Source: Sphingobacteriaceae bacterium (GTDB lineage Bacteria > Bacteroidota > Bacteroidia > Sphingobacteriales > Sphingobacteriaceae). From it: a stretch of DNA of 64,000 nt. Below the pieces are notes generated by a model. The model did no database searches. It was not told where the DNA came from and worked only from the letters and a program-made list of their open reading frames with translations. The stretch spans positions 22,324-86,323 of the forward strand of contig JAQSWM010000012.1 of the NCBI GenBank assembly GCA_029266635.1. The letters are read 5' to 3'. This document shows, piece by piece, positions 1-8,616 of the stretch (position 1 is the first letter of the stretch; every line of letters starts with the position of its first letter). The translations under genes and the position numbers were made by a program.

Positions 1-536
1 CGATAATCTTGAGCTCACCCCGTTCGCTGCCAAGCTTAAGCATCGTTTTCACGAAGTTGTTGCCGTATTCAGAATAAAGCCAGCTTGTGCGGAGAATGTA
101 ATACTTATCTAAAGTCTCTACAATGCCTTTTTCCGCCTCGAGCTTGGTAAGCCCGTATACGCTGATCGGCTCTGCCACATCCTCCTCGGTAAGCAGCTTT
201 GGAACGTTGCCCTCAAATACAAAATCGGTGGATATATGAACGAGCGTAACGTTGTGCTCTTTTGCAGAGGTGGGCGAGGTTCAGTGCGCCATCACGATTG
301 ATTTTACGGGCAAGGTCAACTTCATCCTCTGCTTTGTCCACCGCGGTGTACGCAGCGCAGTTAATGCAGTAGGCTGGGGCTTCTTCTCTGAAAATGCTTT
401 CGAGGCTGTTCAGGTCAAGGATATTTGCGTTGGCCTCAGGCAGGAAAGCTATCGAATCAATTTGTTTTTTTTCTGCCACTGCCTTCAGGCAATGCCCCAA
501 CTGACCGGAAGCTCCAAAAACTATAGTCTTGCTCAT
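1..536 (-). pseudogene. rfbD: dTDP-4-dehydrorhamnose reductase (RfbD); 3' end cut by the window edge; frame broken by one extra base in a 4-nt homopolymer at 260-263
   Basis: ORF 213-536 starts MSKTIVFGASGQLGHCL (Rossmann GxxGxxG) and reads ...CINCAAYTAVDKAEDE...NRDGALNLAHLC. The rest of the protein (AKEHNVTLVHISTDFVFEGNVPKLLTEEDVAEPISVYGLTKLEAEKG...LRTSWLYSEYGNNFVKTMLKLG) continues in another frame from about 263 down to position 1. Deleting one A from CAAAAG (minus strand) restores LCKEHNVTLVH. Confidence 0.8.
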
Positions 537-716
537 GTGAAAGGTTTCGCGAAAGTAGAAAATTAAAGTATCAGCACAAATGTTCCGCCGATTATCTGGA
601 GAGCGCCTATGCCTGTTTTGAGGGTAAGCGGTTCGCCGAGGGAAAGCATGGACAATACTCTATTGCTTTTGCAGATACGGCAATCCCACCTCTGAACCGC
701 CGCGTGAACATATGGC

Positions 717-1736
717 TCAGCACGCGTCTGAAAGCTCGAAGGTGCCCGTCCTTCCCTTATAAATCTCCTCTATCAACCCCGTCGCACCGCCAATATCCTT
801 ATCATTCCTTCTACTCCCCGACAATACCGCCCCGCAAACATCCTCAACCAGCCTCCTCCTGCAATACTCCGCAACATCCGCCGGCACAGCCTTCACCGCT
901 CTTCTCATCTCAGCTTCAATCTCCGCATCATCCGTATTCAACATCGTTAAGTTTTCAAAATACTTACCTTCCACCTGAATCCTTGCATTCTCTGTAATAA
1001 TCGTCAGCTCACTGGTTGAGGTTCCCGCAGGCGCCGACACCGTATAGCTCAGCGATCCAGCACACTCTTCGCCTAGCCTTAAGTTCACCACTCCAGTGTC
1101 CTCGAACTCGGTTTTAACATGCTTGTCAACCTTGCAAAAGGAAGCCTCGTCAGGAACAACATCCCCAAACAACCAGCTAAAAAGATCAATTACATGGCTG
1201 AACTGCGTGTACAGCGGACCGCCATCCAAGCTTAATGTACCATGCCAGGGATGATTGTTATAGTACCCTTCACCGCGATTCCAGAAGCAATTAGCCTGCA
1301 CCCACAAGGGCTTGCCCAGAGCTCCTCCGCCGATCAGTTTTTTTAATGCGGCTACTATTGGCGAATACCGTATCTGCCACACCGGGAAAAGCAGCCTGCG
1401 ATGCTTCTTTGCAAGTGACATCAGGTGTTCCGCTTCTTTTGCTGTAAAAGCGACGGGCTTTTCAAGAAGCACATGTTTTTTCGCTTCGAGGCATTTGGCA
1501 GCATGGTGGGCGTGCAGGCCGTTGGGTGTAGCCACGATAATTACATCCGAATCTTTATCATGCAGGAGGAAATCGTCTAAGCTCCTGTAAATGGCACAAC
1601 TCTCCTGACCGGTGCTTTCCGTATTCGTGTCAATCAATGTCGTTAAGCTCACATCCGACATCTCCGTTATGATTTCCGCATAACGCTTCCCGATAGTACC
1701 ATAGCCCAGAATTGCAAACCTGACTTTATCCTTCAT
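717..1736 (-). CDS. Gfo/Idh/MocA-family NAD-dependent oxidoreductase, WbpB-like (candidate UDP-GlcNAcA 3-dehydrogenase)
   Basis: The likely start is [22 protein letters not shown] (Rossmann N-terminus). The motif EKPVA is typical of the family. The ORF-track start at 1802 adds 22 implausible residues. It lies next to an aminotransferase and an acetyltransferase. Confidence 0.75.
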   Translation of the reverse strand: MKDKVRFAILGYGTIGKRYAEIITEMSDVSLTTLIDTNTESTGQESCAIYRSLDDFLLHDKDSDVIIVATPNGLHAHHAAKCLEAKKHVLLEKPVAFTAKEAEHLMSLAKKHRRLLFPVWQIRYSPIVAALKKLIGGGALGKPLWVQANCFWNRGEGYYNNHPWHGTLSLDGGPLYTQFSHVIDLFSWLFGDVVPDEASFCKVDKHVKTEFEDTGVVNLRLGEECAGSLSYTVSAPAGTSTSELTIITENARIQVEGKYFENLTMLNTDDAEIEAEMRRAVKAVPADVAEYCRRRLVEDVCGAVLSGSRRNDKDIGGATGLIEEIYKGRTGTFELSDAC

Positions 1737-2301
1737 CGAACGTAACAATGCCGTTTGCCAATATATACCGCGTCCATTCCTGCCTGCACACTGCCTCGCC
1801 ATCTATAAAATCCAGCCGATGTCCCGCTCTGCTTACCCAGCCATGCTGCCTGGCAGGATTGCCGTAGTACAATCCATAAGCAGGCACCGGCTCTGTAACT
1901 ACCGCCCCGGCTCCGATCATTGCGTACTCTCCAATGCCGTTTCCGCACACGATGGTACAATTGGCTCCGAGCGAAGCGCCCTTCTTTATGGTTGTGAGCA
2001 GATACTCTTCCTTACGCTCTAAAAAGCTCCGCGGGTTGATCACATTGGTGAAAACGACCGAAGGCCCTATAAAAACATCGTCTTCACAGGTAACTCCATC
2101 GTAAACAGAAACATTATTCTGAATCTTTACACCGTTACCGATGCGCACATTGCCAGCAACATACACATTCTGGCCGATCACGCAATCCCTTCCGATTTCC
2201 GCTCCCGGCATAATATGCGAGAAATGCCAAACACGTGTCCCTTCGCCTATTGTACAACCTTCGTCAACAACCGCTGAAGGATGGATCAGTAACTCGCTCA
2301 T
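1726..2301 (-). CDS. hexapeptide-repeat (left-handed beta-helix) N-acetyltransferase, WbpD-like
   Basis: Repeated [LIV]-G-x4 hexapeptides ([53 protein letters not shown]). The 11-nt overlap with the downstream oxidoreductase suggests coupling. Confidence 0.8.
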   Translation of the reverse strand: MSELLIHPSAVVDEGCTIGEGTRVWHFSHIMPGAEIGRDCVIGQNVYVAGNVRIGNGVKIQNNVSVYDGVTCEDDVFIGPSVVFTNVINPRSFLERKEEYLLTTIKKGASLGANCTIVCGNGIGEYAMIGAGAVVTEPVPAYGLYYGNPARQHGWVSRAGHRLDFIDGEAVCRQEWTRYILANGIVTFDEG

Positions 2302-3427
2302 TAAAAAAGTCTTTCATGGTATCCGCAATATAGGCGATTTGTTCATTGCTGAGCTCAGGATAAATTGGCAAAGCAAGGCAGCGCTGGCAAATTTCTTCTG
2401 CAACGGGAAAATCTCCCGCAGCATGCCCGAGAAAGCTATATGCCTTTGGCAAATGCAGCGGCTTGGGATAATAAATTTGTGTGGCTATTTGGCTCCGGGA
2501 AAGGTGATCTTTTAAACCATTCCTTGCTTTCCCGGATGAGAGCAGAATTACATATTGATGAAAAACATGAGAGGAAACAGCTGTTCTGAAAGGCCTTTCA
2601 ATCTGTTCGATACTGCTCAACTGCTGATCATAAAAATCCGCAATTTCCAAACGCCGGGTATTATACTTTTCCAACTGAGGCAGCTTTACAGATAATATCG
2701 CAGCTTGGATAGCATCAAGCCTGGAGTTTATTCCAACTTCTTCGTGATTGTATTTTCCGCTTTGCCCGTGCGAAGCAATTGATCTTATCCGCTCTGCCAG
2801 CCAATCATCATTGGTGAATAAAGCTCCTCCATCGCCAAAGCAGCCCAGGTTCTTGGTTGGAAAAAAAGAGGTGCAGCCAATATTCCCCATGGTGCCGGAA
2901 GCTTGCTTTTTCCGGGATGAGAATGTGCTGTAAGAGCCCAGCGACTGTGCCGAATCCTCAATAACATACAGCCCGTGTTTATCTGCTATCGCGAGGATAG
3001 CTTCCATATTGCAGCTCTGCCCGAAGAGATGGATCGGGACTATTGCCTTCGTTTTTGAGGTGATAGTGTTTTCGAGCAAACCTTCATCTAAAAGAAAGGT
3101 CTTTGGATTTACGTCGATAAACACCGGCTTCAAGCCAAGCAACACAGCCGCTTCCGCTGCCGAAACATATCCAAAAGCGGGAATGATTATCTCATCCCCA
3201 GCCTTCAGTCCGACCGCCATATAGGCTATCTGCAAAGCATCAGTGCCGTTTGCACAGGGAAGCACATGCTTTACGTCGAGGTATGATGCAAGAGATCTGC
3301 AAAACCCTTCGACTTCGGCTCCGTTAATGAACACGCCGCTGTCCAGGCATCGCCGAATGGCTGCATCAATCTCTGCTTGCAGATTAAGGTAGCTGGCTTT
3401 TAAGTCATTGAAGGGAATTGGCAGCAT
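2264..3427 (-). CDS. DegT/DnrJ/EryC1/StrS-family PLP-dependent sugar aminotransferase, WbpE-like
   Basis: 387 aa. Typical family blocks are present: [20 protein letters not shown], and [16 protein letters not shown] with the PLP lysine context. Confidence 0.85.
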   Translation of the reverse strand: MLPIPFNDLKASYLNLQAEIDAAIRRCLDSGVFINGAEVEGFCRSLASYLDVKHVLPCANGTDALQIAYMAVGLKAGDEIIIPAFGYVSAAEAAVLLGLKPVFIDVNPKTFLLDEGLLENTITSKTKAIVPIHLFGQSCNMEAILAIADKHGLYVIEDSAQSLGSYSTFSSRKKQASGTMGNIGCTSFFPTKNLGCFGDGGALFTNDDWLAERIRSIASHGQSGKYNHEEVGINSRLDAIQAAILSVKLPQLEKYNTRRLEIADFYDQQLSSIEQIERPFRTAVSSHVFHQYVILLSSGKARNGLKDHLSRSQIATQIYYPKPLHLPKAYSFLGHAAGDFPVAEEICQRCLALPIYPELSNEQIAYIADTMKDFFNERVTDPSFSGC

Positions 3428-3433
3428 ATGGCA

Positions 3434-4717
3434 TCATAAACGGGCATCTGCCCACTGCCGCTTAATAATAGATTTGGTATCAAAGATCACCGTCTTTTCG
3501 CCCTTTAAGGTGCCGAAGTCGATGTCGAAAAACTGCTGATGCGCCACAGTCAGGATGATGGCATCGTAGCTTTTGCTGTAAATATCTTCTGTTAGCACGA
3601 TACCATGCTCTTTCATGATCTCTTCGCCATTTGCCCAGGGATCATGAACATCTACCTGCAGCCCGAACTGTCTAAGCTCCTTGTAAATATCGGTCACCTT
3701 CGAATTGCGTATATCCGGACAGTTTTCTTTGAACGTGATGCCCAACACCAAGGCTCTGCAATTTTTCACGGAAGAGCCTTTGGCGATCATCAGCTTGATC
3801 ACTTTATTGGCGATAAAGGTGGCCATATAATCGTTCACCCGCCTGCCCGATAGAATCACCTGTGGAAAATACCCCAGGCTTTCGGCCTTGTGCGCCAGGC
3901 AGTACGGATCCACGCCTATGCAATGTCCGCCCACCAGCCCCGGTTTGAACTTCAGGAAATTCCACTTGGTAGCCGCGGCTTCTATTACATCCGTGGTGTC
4001 AATGCCGATCTTATCGAAAATCAGCGAGAGCTCGTTGACAAAGGAGATATTGATGTCGCGTTGGGCGTTTTCAATTGCCTTGGATGCCTCTGCTACCTTT
4101 ATGCTGGGAGCTTTGTGCGTGCCCGCGAGGATAATTTCAGAATAAAGGCGGTCGACCAGTTCAGCAACTTCTGAGGTTGAACCCGATGTAACTTTGACAA
4201 TATTTTCAAGCGTGCGGGCTGCATCGCCGGGACTGATGCGCTCCGGCGAATAGCCGCAGAAGAAATCCTTGTTAAACACCAGGCCGCTCGCCTGCTCCAG
4301 CACGGGCACACAATCCTCTTCGGTACAACCGGGATAAACGGTGGATTCATAAATAACAATATCGCCCTTCTTCAGCAGCTTTCCTACCGTCTCAGAAGCG
4401 GATAAAAGTGGTGCCAGATCTGGTTTCTTGAATTCGTCCACCGGCGTTGGCACGGTGATGATATAAATATTTGCTGAAGCGATATCCTGTTCGGAAGAGC
4501 TAAGCTTCAAAGTGTTCGAAGCGATCTCACCGGGCAGGATCTGCAGGGTCTCGTCCTTTCCTTCCTGCAGAGATTTAATCCGCTCTGCGTTTGTATCGTA
4601 ACCGGTGACTTTAAACTTTCTGGAAAATGCAAGTGCCAGCGGCAAGCCCACGTAGCCAAGCCCGATAACGGCTATATGAATATCTTTAGACGACAGGTCG
4701 GCAGAGGCTGAACGCAT
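3434..4717 (-). CDS. nucleotide-sugar 6-dehydrogenase (UDP-GlcNAc/ManNAc/GalNAc dehydrogenase family; WbpA/WbpO/TviB-like)
   Basis: N-terminal IAVIGLGYVGLPLALAF Rossmann motif, catalytic-cysteine context GGHCIG, and a length of 427 aa typical of the family. Confidence 0.85.
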   Translation of the reverse strand: MRSASADLSSKDIHIAVIGLGYVGLPLALAFSRKFKVTGYDTNAERIKSLQEGKDETLQILPGEIASNTLKLSSSEQDIASANIYIITVPTPVDEFKKPDLAPLLSASETVGKLLKKGDIVIYESTVYPGCTEEDCVPVLEQASGLVFNKDFFCGYSPERISPGDAARTLENIVKVTSGSTSEVAELVDRLYSEIILAGTHKAPSIKVAEASKAIENAQRDINISFVNELSLIFDKIGIDTTDVIEAAATKWNFLKFKPGLVGGHCIGVDPYCLAHKAESLGYFPQVILSGRRVNDYMATFIANKVIKLMIAKGSSVKNCRALVLGITFKENCPDIRNSKVTDIYKELRQFGLQVDVHDPWANGEEIMKEHGIVLTEDIYSKSYDAIILTVAHQQFFDIDFGTLKGEKTVIFDTKSIIKRQWADARL

Positions 4718-4720
4718 TAA

Positions 4721-5587
4721 TTATTTATGTTTTAAAAGCCGGAGCAAATATTGGCCGTAGCCACTTTTTACAAGCGGGGCAGCGACTTTTTCAAGCTGCT
4801 CGTCATTGATAAAGCCCATCCGGTAAGCCACTTCTTCTATGCAACCGATCTTTAGCCCCTGCCGCTCTTCTATCACCTGCACAAACTGACCCGCCTGCAT
4901 CAGCGAATTGAAAGTTCCGGTATCCAACCAGGCCGTGCCGCGACTTAATACGCCAACCTTTAACTTGCCCTGCCTGAGGTATTCCTTGTTTACATCCGTG
5001 ATTTCATACTCGCCACGAGGGGAAGCCTTTATATTCTTTGCGATTTCCACCACCGAGTAATCATAGAAGTACAAGCCAGGCACTGCATAGTTCGACTTAG
5101 GCTCCACAGGTTTTTCCTCTATCGAGATCACCCTATTGTCTTCATCGAATTCAACTACACCGTAACGTTCCGGATCTGAGACGGGATAGGCAAACACTAC
5201 CCCGCCGTCGGGTTCTTTCAAATCCTGCAAAAGGTGTGAGAGTCCATCACCGTAAAAAATATTATCACCTAAAACGAGGGCAACAGAGTCAGAACCAATA
5301 AAATCAGCGCCGATCACAAAAGCCTGGGCAAGCCCGTTAGGCAATTCCTGCACCGCATACGAGAACTTGCATCCGAGGCTCTCGCCTGTCCCCAAAAGCT
5401 TTTCGAAGTTGGGAAGGTCGTGCGGGGTGGAAATGATCAAAACTTCTTTAATTCCTGCAAGCATCAGGATAGAAAGCGGATAATAGATCATCGGTTTATC
5501 GTAAACCGGCATCATTTGCTTGCTTGTTGCTAAAGTGAGGGGATGCAACCTGGTGCCTGATCCGCCTGCGAGGATTATTCCTTTCAA
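4721..5587 (-). CDS. rfbA: glucose-1-phosphate thymidylyltransferase
   Basis: [39 protein letters not shown] is the canonical RfbA/RmlA N-terminus. Length 288 aa. Confidence 0.95.
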   Translation of the reverse strand: MKGIILAGGSGTRLHPLTLATSKQMMPVYDKPMIYYPLSILMLAGIKEVLIISTPHDLPNFEKLLGTGESLGCKFSYAVQELPNGLAQAFVIGADFIGSDSVALVLGDNIFYGDGLSHLLQDLKEPDGGVVFAYPVSDPERYGVVEFDEDNRVISIEEKPVEPKSNYAVPGLYFYDYSVVEIAKNIKASPRGEYEITDVNKEYLRQGKLKVGVLSRGTAWLDTGTFNSLMQAGQFVQVIEERQGLKIGCIEEVAYRMGFINDEQLEKVAAPLVKSGYGQYLLRLLKHK

Positions 5588-5603
5588 ATAGAGAGTTTAA
5601 GTG

Positions 5604-5611
5604 CCAAATAT
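5604..5611 (-). promoter_or_regulatory. candidate Bacteroidota -7 promoter box (TATATTTG = TAnnTTTG) upstream of rfbA
   Basis: The minus strand reads TATATTTG 16 nt upstream of the rfbA ATG. This is a motif match only. Confidence 0.3.
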
Positions 5612-5859
5612 AAAGAATTAAGGTCCGTTCTACACCTACGTAATCCATTTTGTAACCTCGTGCCAGGAACGCCGTACGAAAGTTATAACACGGCTTTATG
5701 AAAGGTGGGCTTGGGGTGGAGTTTTGGCGGGCTATTGTGGGCTTAAGGCGGATTAAGTAAAAACTGTTAATTCAACTGTTTTGACATCTGCCATGTGAAA
5801 TTCTAATTTAAGCTTTTGTTATGAAAAGCCAAGAAAATAATGTGAATCTTTATTGAAGG

Positions 5860-6600
5860 ATGAAGAACAACCAATCGCCGGCCAGCCAGAGAAGTGGCAA
5901 AGAGTTTGGAATGGGAAGTACCGCCTCGTCTCTTTTTAGAAAGACGTTCGATCCTGTTATCTTTCCCCGTTCTGCTACCACATTGCACAACCGGCTGAGC
6001 GAGGTATTCAGGGCAATTATTAGGAGTTGTTGGGAGCAGGAGACAGTTGATAAAATATTCAGTGGCGATATAGCTTTACTGAAGGATTTGGAGTTAAACT
6101 GCTATACGCCATTTACTGCGGTAGCTAAAATGGAGTTGGAAGTTTCCATTGATCCTGCCGGCAAAGTCCTGCTAAACATCCCTCCGTTTAAAGTTACCTC
6201 ATCGTTTCACCCTGCACCAAACACTGATACAGCCATCATACGCCTCCTCGCCGGCGTGTTTGACTTTAAAGAAAACACCTGTCAACTCACCGAAGCCGAC
6301 GATCTTTTGATAAAATTAAATTCTCAAACATTCGCGGGAGATGCGATAACTCTCCCGTTTACAGGTGCCGATGGAAGAGTGCTGATATTAGCTGTGGCAG
6401 TATTCTTTGTTAGGTTGAACAGCCGGAATTTCTCTGTTCCTGAAGACAGAAGATACAATGCCGGAAAAATCCTCGAGGCTGTAGCGATCCGGAATGGCAA
6501 AATAGTAGAATTTGTTCAGCATACTCCGAAGCCTTTGTCTCTGCCTGTAAAAGCAATCAATGTTGGAAAGGTAAGCTGGAATAACCAGAGGGATGGATAA
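5860..6600 (+). CDS. hypothetical protein (246 aa) with no recognisable family, signal peptide or TM segment
   Basis: It is the longest ORF in a 1.6-kb gap and one of few plus-strand ORFs. By eye it is rich in AGA/AGG/ATA codons compared with its neighbours. I recognise no motif. Confidence 0.45.
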   Translation: MKNNQSPASQRSGKEFGMGSTASSLFRKTFDPVIFPRSATTLHNRLSEVFRAIIRSCWEQETVDKIFSGDIALLKDLELNCYTPFTAVAKMELEVSIDPAGKVLLNIPPFKVTSSFHPAPNTDTAIIRLLAGVFDFKENTCQLTEADDLLIKLNSQTFAGDAITLPFTGADGRVLILAVAVFFVRLNSRNFSVPEDRRYNAGKILEAVAIRNGKIVEFVQHTPKPLSLPVKAINVGKVSWNNQRDG

Positions 6601-6772
6601 GATATACTTCTCTCTTTTTAGCGCAAGTATGAAGCGCCGTCTTGGGCGTCCGCTACTTGTGATTTCTTCTTGTTTTAATTCAGGCACAAGGAACCTTTGC
6701 TCTGTTAGCTTGCGCTCATACTTCCGCCATTAACGGGAGGGATTAGTGTTGCCGATTTGCCAAGCGCATTAA

Positions 6773-6796
6773 GATTCCTGCCTGCGCAGGAATGAC
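6773..6796. repeat. REP-like palindrome, family 2 (gATTCCTGC-ctgc-GCAGGAATgac)
   Basis: Perfect 8-bp stem (6774-6781 with 6786-6793) and a 4-nt loop, ending in ATGAC. The reverse complement translates VIPAQAGI, a string I recall from spurious ORFs in Bacteroidota. Confidence 0.7.
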
Positions 6797-6828
6797 GCAG
6801 GAACAGAGAACATGCGAGATGGCATCCC

Positions 6829-6917
6829 AAATCCGCCGGTTGGCAGAGAGAGGTCTGTTATATTCTAAGCATCATGCTCTTCGGAATTTGTAATTCCGAA
6901 GCCATACCGCCGGATTT
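6829..6917. repeat. nested palindromic element: outer 12-nt arms (11 of 12 paired) enclosing a perfect 10-bp hairpin
   Basis: AAATCCGCCGGT (6829-6840) pairs with ACCGCCGGATTT (6906-6917). The inner hairpin CTTCGGAATT-tgt-AATTCCGAAG at 6879-6901 is perfect. Confidence 0.6.
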
Positions 6918-6954
6918 CAAATGCGTGCTGAAAGTTACATCACATGCTTTTGAC

Positions 6955-6977
6955 GCGGGGTCCCTGCGGAGACCCGC
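6955..6977. repeat. GC-rich hairpin (GCGGGGTC-cctgcgga-GACCCGC)
   Basis: 7 bp with one bulged G. It lies inside the intergenic palindrome cluster. Confidence 0.5.
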
Positions 6978-7035
6978 TGGAACGAAAAGGGATAAACCTA
7001 TCCGGGGTTAAGAATTCCGCTTGTTTACACTTTAT

Positions 7036-7120
7036 GTCATCCCGACGCAGGAGGGAACTTAGTACCAATTAAAATTATCCGTTTGCTTATCACTACGTTC
7101 CTTCCTCGAGACCAGCGGAC
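7036..7120. repeat. inverted pair of family-2 REP-like units (GTCATCCCGACGCAGGAGGGAAC and GTTCCTTCCTCGAGACCAGCGGAC)
   Basis: Positions 7049-7058 pair with 7097-7106 (10 bp including one G-U) across a 38-nt loop. The left unit's reverse complement ends in GGGATGAC, like the unit at 6773. Confidence 0.55.
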
Positions 7121-7143
7121 ATACTTTTCAATCCAAACACACA

Positions 7144-7167
7144 GGCTTCGACTCCGCTCTGACTGAC
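7144..7167 (+). repeat. REP-like unit, family 1 (ggcTTCGACtccgCTCTGacTGAC), degenerate copy
   Basis: 18 of 24 identities with the unit at 53321-53344 (cccTTCGACtacgCTCAGggTGAC). Confidence 0.55.
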
Positions 7168-7179
7168 AAAACAAACCTG

Positions 7180-7743
7180 TTACATAAAACTCACCTGTTC
7201 CTCCAACTCCTTGTACCATTCCTCACCATACTTGCGAATGAGCGGTTCTTTCAGGAATTTGTAAACAGGTATTTTCAATTCGTTTCCAAACGAACAGGCA
7301 GGGCTGCAGATATTCCATCGGTCGTAATGCAGCACATCAAATTCAGGATATTGAGTAATCCGGATGGGATAGAGATGACAGGAGATCGGCTTTTTCCAGT
7401 GGATTTTTCCATCTTCATATGCTTTTTCGATAGCGCACTTGCTGATGCCGCCCTCCCAGGTAACATACGCACATTCCTTATGACCGTCTACACAGGGGGT
7501 GGTATAATCCCCTTCGAAGTCCTTCACCCACGTCCCGACTTCTTCGATGGTTGCTATTCCCTTAGCGGTCATGTAAGGCTTCACAGTTTCGTAGATTTCT
7601 TCCAGGATAGCAAGTTCGCTGCGCTCAAGTGGTGCCCCAGAATCGCCTTCAATACAGCATGATCCCTTGCACTTGTTCAGGTTGCATACGAAATTCTCGG
7701 AGATCACATCTTCATGGACAAGGGTATTCAGGACTTCAATCAT
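7180..7743 (-). CDS. DUF3109-family cysteine-rich protein
   Basis: Has the CNLNKCKGSCCIEGDSGAP Cys cluster plus further conserved Cys residues (CVDGHKECAY, CHLYP, CSPAC). The overall layout matches what I recall of DUF3109. Confidence 0.65.
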   Translation of the reverse strand: MIEVLNTLVHEDVISENFVCNLNKCKGSCCIEGDSGAPLERSELAILEEIYETVKPYMTAKGIATIEEVGTWVKDFEGDYTTPCVDGHKECAYVTWEGGISKCAIEKAYEDGKIHWKKPISCHLYPIRITQYPEFDVLHYDRWNICSPACSFGNELKIPVYKFLKEPLIRKYGEEWYKELEEQVSFM

Positions 7744-7793
7744 ACTTAAAGCTTAGGGATTGCGCACTTATACATCTGAAACCGCACATCGCT

Positions 7794-8576
7794 TTATCTT
7801 TTGCTCGCCGATGACGCGTATTTCAATCCCGATGCACCGGATATCTCCAGCGTTACGGAACCAACTAATATTTCTACCTGCGCCTTAACCGGGATTCGGT
7901 TTCCGTCGTCGCTGATCCAAAGATACAGCTTGCTATCTTTTTTGAAGATACGCCCTGGCTGTATAGCAGGGCTAAATTTCAGACAATTAAAATAACCCAA
8001 CGAAGTTTTCACCCGCTCCTTGCCGAGATACTGAATGCTCAGGGGACTTACCTCATCTTTAAGAAAGTAATTCATGGTGAGTTTCTCACCTACGCGTATC
8101 CCCGTAAGGTCAAGACTCCGGGCGAAATAAAATGCCGACACCAGATCAAAGGTTTGACCAGTACCCTTGAATGTACCCCTGGATGCAACTATTTTTTTCT
8201 GATCCTGGTAAAAACGGACCTTATCTGTTCGCTTGTAGTCAGACTCGCGTATATTCTCGGTATATAAGTAAGGAGTTAGCTCTGTTCTGTCGATATAAGA
8301 ATCATAGCGGTCACGTACTTTGTAGAAAAAATCGAATGTGCCTGCAGTTTTCCCCTGCGCAATTAGGTGGTAAACCGGATTGTTATCAAAGCGCACATCG
8401 CTTTCCTCTACGTTGAGCGTAGCCTCGGCAGCGGTAACAAATCCGTATTTCAGCTTATATCTTAGTTGTTCTCCCGGCTGAAAAGCAAGGTTCTTGCGGC
8501 TTTCGAGAGTTTGTGCCGACAACGCCACCGGAGCAGTGGAGATCAGCAGCAAAAGAAACACTCTTAATAACTTCAT
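7794..8576 (-). CDS. DUF3108-family exported protein
   Basis: Signal peptide MKLLRVFLLLLISTAPVALSAQ, then QPGEQLRYKLKYGFVTAAEATLNV, which is typical of DUF3108. Confidence 0.65.
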   Translation of the reverse strand: MKLLRVFLLLLISTAPVALSAQTLESRKNLAFQPGEQLRYKLKYGFVTAAEATLNVEESDVRFDNNPVYHLIAQGKTAGTFDFFYKVRDRYDSYIDRTELTPYLYTENIRESDYKRTDKVRFYQDQKKIVASRGTFKGTGQTFDLVSAFYFARSLDLTGIRVGEKLTMNYFLKDEVSPLSIQYLGKERVKTSLGYFNCLKFSPAIQPGRIFKKDSKLYLWISDDGNRIPVKAQVEILVGSVTLEISGASGLKYASSASKR

Positions 8577-8616
8577 ATTTTGTATAACGCAAAAACTTCG
8601 GGATTTCTTTTAAGAG

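Noticed and set aside
563-649. 28-aa minus-strand ORF MLSLGEPLTLKTGIGALQIIGGTFVLIL, resembling the last TM helix of a DMT/EamA transporter
   Set aside because: It is too short to support. The upstream in-frame sequence is not membrane-like. It could be a gene remnant between rfbD and the oxidoreductase, but I cannot show that without a homology search.
704-997. 97-aa P/S-rich plus-strand ORF
   Set aside because: It is antisense to the Gfo/Idh/MocA oxidoreductase gene, and its low-complexity composition suggests a shadow ORF.
6388-6687. 99-aa minus-strand ORF antisense to the 3' end of the orphan 246-aa ORF
   Set aside because: It is basic and low-complexity (RPRRRF..., RQRQRLRS), has no motif, and is shorter than the sense ORF.
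7144-7167. TTCGACTCC, resembling a tRNA T-loop and T-arm
   Set aside because: The flanks give no T-stem pairing, acceptor stem or anticodon arm. The same core recurs in the REP-like units, so it is a repeat and not a tRNA fragment.
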